NCBI RefSeq assembly: GCF_028598485.1
Contig: NZ_JAQRFL010000024.1
Reading direction: 5' to 3' (one strand)
Length of the DNA stretch: 24,000 nucleotides
Source of the DNA: Xenorhabdus khoisanae
Lineage (GTDB): Bacteria; Pseudomonadota; Gammaproteobacteria; Enterobacterales; Enterobacteriaceae
Shown here: piece by piece, positions 9,019 to 15,875 of the stretch
Position numbering within the stretch: the stretch's first letter is position 1
Layout of the letters: each line of letters begins with the position of its first letter
Made by a program: the position numbers and the translations under genes
The notes under the pieces: model-generated
Told to the model about the DNA's origin: nothing
The model's database searches: none
The model's input: only the letters and a program-made list of their open reading frames with translations

Positions 9019-9447
9019 ATGTATAAAACTATTTTAGTACCAGTAGATATTTCAGAAGAAAATCTAACCAACAAGGCCGTTGACAGCGCGCTTAAGATCG
9101 CTAGAGAAACAGGGGCTAAATTACATTTCCTGCATGTATTACCTATTTCATCAGCTATCATTAATGCTTATGCATTAGGCTATATGGAGATTAAGGACAA
9201 AGCGACTATCAAGGCAGAGCAAGATTTGGGAAAGCTCGTCGATTCCCTTGGATTGCCGAATGAACGCATTGCCTATTCGATTGCATTTGGTTCACCAAGA
9301 GATGAAATCACCGCTGCGGCGGATGAAATTGGGGCTGATTTGATCGTCATTGGTTCAAGACGACCCAATATCACTACGCACTTATTGGGCTCTAACTCTT
9401 CTGGCATCGTCAGGTATGCAAAAGTATCTGTATTAGTAGTGCGGTAA
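9019..9447 (+). CDS. uspG: Universal stress protein, UspG/UspF class
   Basis: MYKTILVPVDISEENL...GADLIVIGSRRPNITTHLLGSNSSGIVRYAKVSVLVVR parallels E. coli UspG (MYKTIIMPVDVFE...[34 protein letters not shown]). The start is set at 9019 (AGGAG at 9007-9011, 7-nt spacer) rather than 9013. Confidence 0.85.
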   Translation: MYKTILVPVDISEENLTNKAVDSALKIARETGAKLHFLHVLPISSAIINAYALGYMEIKDKATIKAEQDLGKLVDSLGLPNERIAYSIAFGSPRDEITAAADEIGADLIVIGSRRPNITTHLLGSNSSGIVRYAKVSVLVVR

Positions 9448-9553
9448 TGATTTCCATTGGAAATGGCGGATTAATGATAGTAATAGGCTTTTGTGACGGC
9501 TTTATGGTTGATACCCAATAGCAGCGGTTATATCCGATTACAGGGGAGCATAT

Positions 9554-9991
9554 ATGTACAACACGATTTTAGTTCCAATTGATATCCCAGAAGATCAATT
9601 AACTGACAATGCAATTAAACATGCAGAATATTTGGCAAAAATATCTAATGCAAAGGTGCACCTGTTCCACTCAGTGCCAGATATCTCCAGGTTCTCTGTG
9701 AGTTATAGCTATCACTATGATTTACTAAGTGCTTTTGCCAAAAAGGCGATTACGAATTCTGAAGAGGAACTGAAAAAAGTTGTAGAAAGAATCGATCTAC
9801 CAAAAGATAAAATATCATACTCTGTTGCTTTTGGTTCCCCACGAGACAAAGTGTTGTCTACAGCCCGTGAAATAGGGGCAGACTTGATTATTGTTGGATC
9901 ACGGCGACCAGATATTTCAACCCATTTACTGGGTTCAAATGCGTCGGGTATTGTGGGGTATGCTGAAATCTCAGTTTTGGTGGTGAGATAA
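9554..9991 (+). CDS. Universal stress protein, UspG/UspF class (tandem paralogue)
   Basis: 145 aa: [16 protein letters not shown]...[38 protein letters not shown]. The C-terminal half is very similar to the preceding gene. RBS GGGGAG lies 6 nt upstream. Confidence 0.88.
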   Translation: [145 protein letters not shown]

Positions 9992-10025
9992 TCGATTTCA
10001 TTCAGCGAAAAATGCCGTAAATCCT

Positions 10026-10044
10026 CGCCCCGGCACGGGCGGGG
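10026..10044. repeat. Short GC-rich hairpin (REP-like) between convergent genes
   Basis: CCCCG (10028-10032) / CGGGG (10040-10044) with a 7-nt loop. It ends GGGCGGGGA, like the 7704-7747 unit. There is no adjacent T-run on either strand. Confidence 0.35.
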
Positions 10045-10088
10045 ATAATAGTACATTCTGATAATGAGACAATTACAGCGAATTTTGG

Positions 10089-10271
10089 TTAATCAGAAAA
10101 TGAATTCAGGGTAATATCTAACTGATTTTTACCAGCGATAATAACTTGAATCTGTAAATTATTTTCTGAACTGTTAGTCGTAATGACGATGACTTCTTCA
10201 TTCCCTGAATATTTCTTTACAACTTCCTGCAACTCTTGTTCAAGCTGTTTGATTTTAGTGCTAATGGTCAT
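10089..10271 (-). CDS. Hypothetical 60-aa protein
   Basis: The ORF track gives MTISTKIKQLEQELQEVVKKYSGNEEVIVITT.... AGGA lies only 3 nt before the ATG. There is no TM segment and no motif I recognise. Confidence 0.35.
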   Translation of the reverse strand: MTISTKIKQLEQELQEVVKKYSGNEEVIVITTNSSENNLQIQVIIAGKNQLDITLNSFSD

Positions 10272-10551
10272 TTATCCTAATGAATTCAACTGAGTATTTT
10301 AAATAATTGATTTAATGTTACTCAAATAAACCGAGTTCAATAGTTTAATTAACGTGATATTTTAGTGCTTAAAATCCCAATAAAATGGCTGTTTAGCGTA
10401 TTAAGTCATATTAATATTAATTAATCCAAATAATGGATTAAATCCGTTGCCGTTATCAATAAAATTTCCACGAATTATATTTGTCATTTTATGGTGTTGT
10501 CAGGCAGGATAATAGATGGATGTTATGCACAATAAGTAAATAGGTATTATT

Positions 10552-11556
10552 TTGAACAATAAAATTGGCCTGTGGGCACGTTATCTTTTGATTTTCGGAT
10601 TAACCATTTCGTTTAATGTATGGAGCGCTCCAACTAGTTTTGAGCAAGCAAAAGTGGAATCAAGAAAGAATGTCTATGATGGGCAAACGAAATCAGGCAT
10701 AGGGACATTATATTGTGGCTGTGACTGGCAATGGGTCGGCAAGAGTGGTGGTCGTGTTGATTTGGCGTCTTGTAATTACCATGTGAGGTCACAGCAAACA
10801 AGGGCAGCTCGCATTGAATGGGAACATATGGTGCCGGCATGGGTATTTGGGCACCAGCGCCAATGTTGGCAGAACGGTGGCCGCAAGAACTGCGTTGATA
10901 CTGATCCGGTATTTCGCATGATGGAATCAGATATGCATAATTTGGCGCCTTCAATTGGTGAAGTTAATGGCGATCGCAGTAATTTTGCTTATGGAATGGT
11001 TGCCAGAAATACACCTAATATGTATGGCGCCTGTAGCAGTAAAGTGGATTTTCAATCACGTTTGTTTGAACCACGAGATAGAGTGAAAGGGATGGTTGCC
11101 AGAGTCTACTTTTATATGCATGACCGCTATAACCTGACGATGTCACGCCAACAACAACAGCTGATGATGGCATGGGATCGCCAGTATCCAGTGGGTGCTT
11201 GGGAGCGTGATAGAGATAACCGAATTGCCCGGGTCATGGGGCACCATAATCCATTTGTAACTGGCAGCAAAAAATGGGAATTGGGGCATAAAAACTCAGG
11301 TCAAGGGCTGGTGGCACAATCTGGTACACCAAAACAAAATAGGCTGCATACAGGGAATAATCAGGCACTCACTCAAAAAACTGCATCAAAAGCGGAGCAG
11401 GGAGCCATAATTAAAGGCAATAAAAACAGCCAGATTTATCATTTTGCACATTGCTCTGGTTATAAGACGGTAGCAGATAAAAATGCAATTTATTTCCATT
11501 CAGAAGCAGAAGCCAAAAAAGCGGGATACCGTTTGGCAGGTAATTGTAAAAAATAA
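10552..11556 (+). CDS. Endonuclease I (EndA/Dns/Vvn family) with signal peptide and a roughly 100-aa C-terminal extension
   Basis: TTG start. The N-terminal signal is LWARYLLIFGLTISFNVWSA. The core matches E. coli EndA (SFSQAK..., RVEWEHVVPAW, GGRKNC, EVNGDRGN, RTYFYM). The extra tail has a Q/N/G/T-rich linker followed by KGNKNSQIYHFAHCSGYKTVADKNAIYFHSEAEAKKAGYRLAGNCKK. Confidence 0.9.
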   Translation: MNNKIGLWARYLLIFGLTISFNVWSAPTSFEQAKVESRKNVYDGQTKSGIGTLYCGCDWQWVGKSGGRVDLASCNYHVRSQQTRAARIEWEHMVPAWVFGHQRQCWQNGGRKNCVDTDPVFRMMESDMHNLAPSIGEVNGDRSNFAYGMVARNTPNMYGACSSKVDFQSRLFEPRDRVKGMVARVYFYMHDRYNLTMSRQQQQLMMAWDRQYPVGAWERDRDNRIARVMGHHNPFVTGSKKWELGHKNSGQGLVAQSGTPKQNRLHTGNNQALTQKTASKAEQGAIIKGNKNSQIYHFAHCSGYKTVADKNAIYFHSEAEAKKAGYRLAGNCKK

Positions 11557-11682
11557 CGGAGAATGTAAGGCCATTATTTTTCTGTAGTTATGGAATAATC
11601 TGTAGTTATTGAATAAATAGTTGCCGAATAAGTTTTCACCAATAAAAAATCAAGAATGTTTCAGTAAAGTTTAACCTTCACC

Positions 11683-11712
11683 TTGTCATAAATAAAAAAC
11701 TGTCATTATACT
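11683..11712 (+). promoter_or_regulatory. Candidate sigma70 promoter TTGTCA-N18-TATACT carrying two (C/T)TGTCAT heptamers
   Basis: TTGTCA at 11683-11688 and TATACT at 11707-11712. The heptamers are TTGTCAT (11683-11689) and CTGTCAT (11700-11706); the latter equals the Pho-box half-site consensus. They are spaced 17 bp start to start, not the canonical 11. Confidence 0.4.
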
Positions 11713-11718
11713 GACATC

Positions 11719-11863
11719 ATAGTCCGTTAGGTTACACCAAAGAAAGCGGAAAGATGCGAGGAATGCTAATGACAGAGACTGAAACTGCATTCTCGGTTAG
11801 GAACCGGTGCTTGAGATCGATGCCACTAATAAAAATAGTGACGATCTCAGTGCCGGTTTTTTT
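11719..11863 (+). ncRNA. Candidate roughly 145-nt sRNA or terminated leader upstream of phoH
   Basis: Bounded by the promoter-like element (11683-11712) and the strong terminator (11803-11863). It matches no known sRNA that I recognise. The 5' end is only inferred. Confidence 0.3.
11803..11863 (+). terminator. Strong rho-independent terminator
   Basis: Long stem ACCGGTGCT(T)GAGATCG (11803-11819) pairs with CGATCTCAGTGCCGGT (11842-11857). It has about 16 bp, one bulge and two G-U pairs, with a 22-nt loop. Counting the last stem T, a run of 7 T follows (11857-11863). It is unidirectional, on the plus strand. Confidence 0.8.
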
Positions 11864-11962
11864 ATGGGCCTTAATGAGCTGAAAAGGGAGCTCCTACCTG
11901 TTCGATATATACCCGATACCTTTCAAATTGAAGCGCGAAAGGTGAAGGGCATAACTTAGTTA

Positions 11963-11979
11963 TTCTATCAATGATAGAA
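11963..11979. promoter_or_regulatory. Perfect 17-bp palindrome TTCTATCA-A-TGATAGAA upstream of phoH
   Basis: 8-bp arms around a single central base, ending 37 nt before the phoH ATG at 12017. It is a candidate operator; the binding protein is unknown. Confidence 0.35.
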
Positions 11980-12016
11980 CACCGCAATAGTGAAACTAAT
12001 GATAAGGTGTATGACT

Positions 12017-12805
12017 ATGGGTAGACAGAAAGCAGTGATCAAATCACGTCGTGAAGTGAGAAGAATGTTAAAAAAGGACATGCGACAATCACGTTATCGG
12101 AATCATGATAATGTCACCTCATTGGTGCAAGTTGAAGGCGTTGAGGCTATTGGAATGGCGCGTGAAAACAGGGACACTTCAGAAATTCTGCCACGCAGTG
12201 AAGTTCAGTACCGCTATATGCGGGCGATCAATAATAAGCAATTGATTATTGCTAATGGTGAAGCTGGATGCGGAAAAACATACATTAGTGCAGTAATGGC
12301 AGCGGATGCCTTAATCAATAAAGAAGTTGATAAAATTATTGTGACACGCCCTGTATTGCAGGCAGAAGAAGATCTTGGTTTTCTCCCCGGAGATGTGGCA
12401 GAGAAATTTGCCCCTTATTTCCGGCCTGTTTATGACGTGCTATTAAAACGCATGGGGGCTTCATTTTTGCAATATTGCTTACGTCCTGAAATCGGCAAAG
12501 TAGAAATTGCGCCTTTTGCCTATATGCGCGGAAGGACATTTGAAAATGCGTTTGTGATCCTTGATGAGGCACAAAATGTTACAGTCAATCAAATGAAAAT
12601 GTTCTTAACGAGATTGGGAGAAAACGTAACAGTGGTTGTTAATGGTGATGTTAGTCAATGTGACTTACCGGAAAACATGACATCTGGATTGGTGGATGCG
12701 TTAGAAAGGTTTTTCGATGATGAATCTGTCAGTGTGATTCATTTTTCCCAACAGGATTGCGTGCGTTCCAGATTATGCCAGAAAGCATTGTTGGCTTATA
12801 GCTGA
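12017..12805 (+). CDS. phoH: PhoH ATPase (phosphate-starvation-inducible protein)
   Basis: MGRQKAVIKSRREV... matches the conserved part of E. coli PhoH (MGRQKAVIKARREA...). Walker A is GEAGCGKTY and Walker B is VILDEAQN. The start is set at 12017 (AAGGTG, 8-nt spacer) rather than the GTG at 11990. Confidence 0.93.
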   Translation: MGRQKAVIKSRREVRRMLKKDMRQSRYRNHDNVTSLVQVEGVEAIGMARENRDTSEILPRSEVQYRYMRAINNKQLIIANGEAGCGKTYISAVMAADALINKEVDKIIVTRPVLQAEEDLGFLPGDVAEKFAPYFRPVYDVLLKRMGASFLQYCLRPEIGKVEIAPFAYMRGRTFENAFVILDEAQNVTVNQMKMFLTRLGENVTVVVNGDVSQCDLPENMTSGLVDALERFFDDESVSVIHFSQQDCVRSRLCQKALLAYS

Positions 12806-12838
12806 TAAAAAGAGAACATAGCGCTTCGTCATTCTTCA

Positions 12839-13186
12839 ATGACATTAATTGATCAAATTAAAAACAAATCGCCTAACAGTAGAATGATTAATAATATCAG
12901 TTTGGCAGCTCACTCTTATCTTGATGGAAGGCAATTTATAAGACATGGAGTTTTTTTCTCTGGTATTGATAATTGTCTGTTAGGGCTACTTTATTCAATT
13001 ATTCTTGAGACAAGAAAATTTGGAGAGCGGCTAAAAGAGGATGCGAAACAAATTTTATCTGCACGGACTGATGATGAAATTAATCGGGTTATCAAAGGAT
13101 TATTCCGTCCTGAGGTTAGAGTACCAAGAATGTTCGGAGCTTCCAAAGGTGATTATCAAGTAATAATGCATAAAAATACATTATAA
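12839..13186 (+). CDS. Hypothetical 115-aa protein
   Basis: The ORF is from the track, 33 nt after phoH, with AT-rich codons. There is no convincing SD and no motif I recognise. Confidence 0.4.
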   Translation: MTLIDQIKNKSPNSRMINNISLAAHSYLDGRQFIRHGVFFSGIDNCLLGLLYSIILETRKFGERLKEDAKQILSARTDDEINRVIKGLFRPEVRVPRMFGASKGDYQVIMHKNTL

Positions 13187-13279
13187 TTTTCATAAGATTA
13201 ACCAGATATCTAGTATTTGATAGTTAGTAAATTGAAAATTTCCATATCATGGGAAAAGTGAATTATCAGTTATGTACTT

Positions 13280-13303
13280 AGAGCCTACTTTAGTAGGCTC
13301 TTT
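13280..13303. terminator. Hairpin between convergent genes (possible bidirectional terminator)
   Basis: Perfect 9-bp stem AGAGCCTAC (13280-13288) / GTAGGCTCT (13293-13301) with loop TTTA. Only a short T-run follows on the plus strand and none on the minus strand. Confidence 0.4.
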
Positions 13304-13393
13304 GCTATGCTTTAGGAAAGTTGTATTGTGTTAACAATTTAAAATTATTAATTATGTGTATTTTATATTAAATGTCTATAAATATAAGTCTTG

Positions 13394-14662
13394 TTATTTT
13401 GTGTTATTATATTTATCTGTTTTCAGCGGGAATTGAATCTCAATTTCTGTGCCGCTTTTTCTATGTTTTTTAATTTTCACCTGTCCTGAAATCAAAGATA
13501 TCCGTTCTCGCATAATTGCCAGACCAAACTGTTCTTGTTCTGTCAGAGCCAGAGGCATTCCACGACCATTATCGCTAATAACGGTAATAATTTTTTTCCC
13601 GACAGGATAAATACGAATGCTGATCCAAGTCGCGGCGGCATGCTTATAGCAATTATTCAGCGCTTCCCGGATAATCTGCACCAGATGCCAGCCATGACCA
13701 ATGGGGATAATTTGGTGCGTGATCCGGTAATGAAATTCAATGTTAAATCCCAGTCGGTGGTTGAATTCTTTGATTAAAGTTTTCAATGATTCAAATAAAT
13801 CATGATGGTTTCTCTCTGTCCGTAGTGAGGCCAGCATTTCTCTAAATTGTTGGCCTGCGATATCCAACTCTTCTTTGATCATTCTTAAGGAGATCAATCC
13901 TTGTCGAGAAAATTTATCGGTGCGGAAATGCAAACTATTAATCTGAATCTTCAGGAATAGGAATGATTGCGCTACAGTGTCATGCAGATCTCTGGAAATG
14001 GCTTTCCGATCATCGCTGATATTTTGTTTAATTTGTTGGCGCACTGTATTTTTGAGCGATATATGCCTTGCCAGTGCATCAGTAACGGATTGAATCAAAT
14101 TCTTTTCGTAAGAAGATAAAACCCGATCCTGATGAATGAGGATCTGAATCATACCGTGGAAAGTCTGTTTATCATATAAATCCCACTTTATCTTCCGTGG
14201 AAGATAAGTATTTAAGGTATTATCCGGGTACTCAAAATGGTATTTTCTTTGTGGGTGATAAAGCGTGATCCTGACTTCATTGAAAGGCACTAACTGGTTA
14301 AGTCGGTAAAATACCATATGAAAATTATCAGATAATGCAGTATTAAGATTTAGCTGAGAATGAACGGAGATGAGAAAACGTAAGTATTGTTTTTCCTGTT
14401 TCAGGATCGCTATTTTTCTTTGCTTCTTTGTGAAAAATAATTTTTCTGAAAACAATGCAATACGAAATGAAATGAAATTTGCTCTATGGAGCAAAATAAA
14501 TAAAAGTAATATATTCAAAACGTTAAAAATTGCCCACAGTTTTTCAATCAACGAGAGTGGGGTATTGAATCCCAGAAACAGAAGCACAAAAAAATTAATG
14601 GCGATAGCCGTACCACACAACCAGCCTGTTGCCGTTACTGGATTGTCAGAGAAGGTTTTCAT
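13394..14662 (-). CDS. Membrane-anchored sensor histidine kinase, HisKA_3 (NarX/LiaS/DegS-type) class; no cognate response regulator in the window
   Basis: 422 aa with two N-terminal TM helices and almost no external loop. A roughly 110-aa GAF-like region follows (inference). H-box AISRDLHDTVAQSF, N-box IIREALNNCYKHAAA, G-box VISDNGRGMP. The gene is very AT-rich. Confidence 0.88.
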   Translation of the reverse strand: MKTFSDNPVTATGWLCGTAIAINFFVLLFLGFNTPLSLIEKLWAIFNVLNILLLFILLHRANFISFRIALFSEKLFFTKKQRKIAILKQEKQYLRFLISVHSQLNLNTALSDNFHMVFYRLNQLVPFNEVRITLYHPQRKYHFEYPDNTLNTYLPRKIKWDLYDKQTFHGMIQILIHQDRVLSSYEKNLIQSVTDALARHISLKNTVRQQIKQNISDDRKAISRDLHDTVAQSFLFLKIQINSLHFRTDKFSRQGLISLRMIKEELDIAGQQFREMLASLRTERNHHDLFESLKTLIKEFNHRLGFNIEFHYRITHQIIPIGHGWHLVQIIREALNNCYKHAAATWISIRIYPVGKKIITVISDNGRGMPLALTEQEQFGLAIMRERISLISGQVKIKKHRKSGTEIEIQFPLKTDKYNNTK

Positions 14663-14728
14663 CAGTTAAACAATCCTCTTGTTGTCCTGATCAAAACCTT
14701 AGCTCAATTAATTAAAAAAGGTTAGTTA

Positions 14729-14911
14729 TCACTGGATTTTCATGCCCGCCGTTGTCATTAAGGCGCGAAATAACGTGGATACGGCGTAGAGAGCAAGTAC
14801 ACTGCAAAGCCAAATTGTAACCATCCAACCCAGGCGTTTCCATATTGAGGGACGTTGTGGGTCAGTTTCAGTGATAACCTTGTTCGTGAGTGATTTTTCC
14901 TCGGAAGACAT
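14729..14911 (-). CDS. Small single-TM protein downstream of the bd oxidase genes (DUF2474/CydX-position accessory peptide)
   Basis: 60 aa with ...PSIWKRLGWMVTIWLCSVLALYAVSTLFRALMTTAGM. It overlaps the cioB 3' end by 44 nt in another frame. I recall DUF2474-type peptides in this position. The true start is uncertain. Confidence 0.55.
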   Translation of the reverse strand: MSSEEKSLTNKVITETDPQRPSIWKRLGWMVTIWLCSVLALYAVSTLFRALMTTAGMKIQ

Positions 14912-15875
14912 AATAACTCCAAAAGGTATAAGTCAAAATGATCGGGATGATAAATAAGGCCCCAACCAGCATAAAACCTAATGATTGAGGCGGCGATGCG
15001 GCCTCTTCATAACTAATGAAAGGAGGAATGATGCTGGGCCAAATGCTGATCCCCAACCCGCTGAATCCCATGAAAATCAGTAACAATGCGGTAAAAAATG
15101 GAGAGTAATGGCTTGAATTCTGTGTGGCTTTCAATAGGTTCCAGCTCGACCACAATATCAGTAATGGTACGGGCATGAAGAAAAACAGATTTGGCAGGCT
15201 GAACCAGCGTTCAGCAATCGTTGAATGGGCCAAAGGTGTCCAAATACTGATTATGGTAATGACTGCGAGCATCAGTAATGTCAAGGAACGCAGAATGCGA
15301 TACATTTGTTGTTGCAGATGCCCTTCGGTTTTCATCACCAACCAGCCACAGCCTAATAAAGCATAGGCGACGACAAGACCAAGCCCGCAAAATAGAGGGA
15401 AAGGTGCCAGCCAGTCAAAATAACCACCGGCATAAACACGATTTTCGACGGGAAAACCTTCAATAACCGCACCAACGACGATACCCTGCATAAAGGTGGC
15501 AAGTATTGAACCGATAATGAACGCCTTATCCCAAAGATGTTGGTGTTCCGGGGTAGCCTTGAAGCGAAATTCAAAAGCGACACCACGAAATATCAGGCCT
15601 AACAGCATAATGGTCAGCGGGATTGCCAGAGCATCTAAAATCACGGCATAGGCCAATGGGAATGCACCAAATAACCCGGCTCCGCCCAGTACCAACCAAG
15701 TTTCATTACCATCCCAGACGGGAGCAACAGAATTCATCATTAAATCCCGATCGGATTGTTCCTTGATTGCCGGATACAAAATACCGATGCCGAGATCAAA
15801 ACCATCCATCACGATATACATCATGGTGCTGAATATGATGATCAGGAACCAAATCAGCGGGAGATCAATACCCAT
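14868..15875 (-). CDS. cioB: Cytochrome bd-type quinol oxidase subunit II
   Basis: 335 aa, polytopic. The N-terminus ...YIVMDGFDLGIGILYP is typical of CydB/CioB. Its start overlaps the cioA stop by 11 nt. Confidence 0.93.
   Translation of the reverse strand: MGIDLPLIWFLIIIFSTMMYIVMDGFDLGIGILYPAIKEQSDRDLMMNSVAPVWDGNETWLVLGGAGLFGAFPLAYAVILDALAIPLTIMLLGLIFRGVAFEFRFKATPEHQHLWDKAFIIGSILATFMQGIVVGAVIEGFPVENRVYAGGYFDWLAPFPLFCGLGLVVAYALLGCGWLVMKTEGHLQQQMYRILRSLTLLMLAVITIISIWTPLAHSTIAERWFSLPNLFFFMPVPLLILWSSWNLLKATQNSSHYSPFFTALLLIFMGFSGLGISIWPSIIPPFISYEEAASPPQSLGFMLVGALFIIPIILTYTFWSYYVFRGKITHEQGYH

Noticed and set aside
8580-9161. Minus-strand ORFs at 8580-8864, 8651-8836 and 8883-9161.
   Set aside because: They overlap the ODCase 3' end, the IS110 fragment or uspG in antisense, and have no start signals.
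11683-11706. Calling the TTGTCAT/CTGTCAT pair a canonical Pho box.
   Set aside because: Canonical Pho boxes are two 7-bp repeats with an 11-bp period (CTGTCATA(A/T)A(A/T)CTGTCA(C/T)). Here the repeats are 17 bp apart, so it is reported only as Pho-box-like.
11754-11882. 42-codon ORF (MRGMLMTETETAFSVRNRCLRSMPLIKIVTISVPVFLWALMS) in the endA-phoH spacer.
   Set aside because: It runs straight through the strong terminator hairpin and T-run and has a weak SD. It is more likely a chance frame within an RNA element.
11990-12016. GTG start at 11990 for phoH (MKLMIRCMT...).
   Set aside because: The conserved PhoH core starts MGRQKAVIK. The ATG at 12017 has AAGGTG 8 nt upstream.
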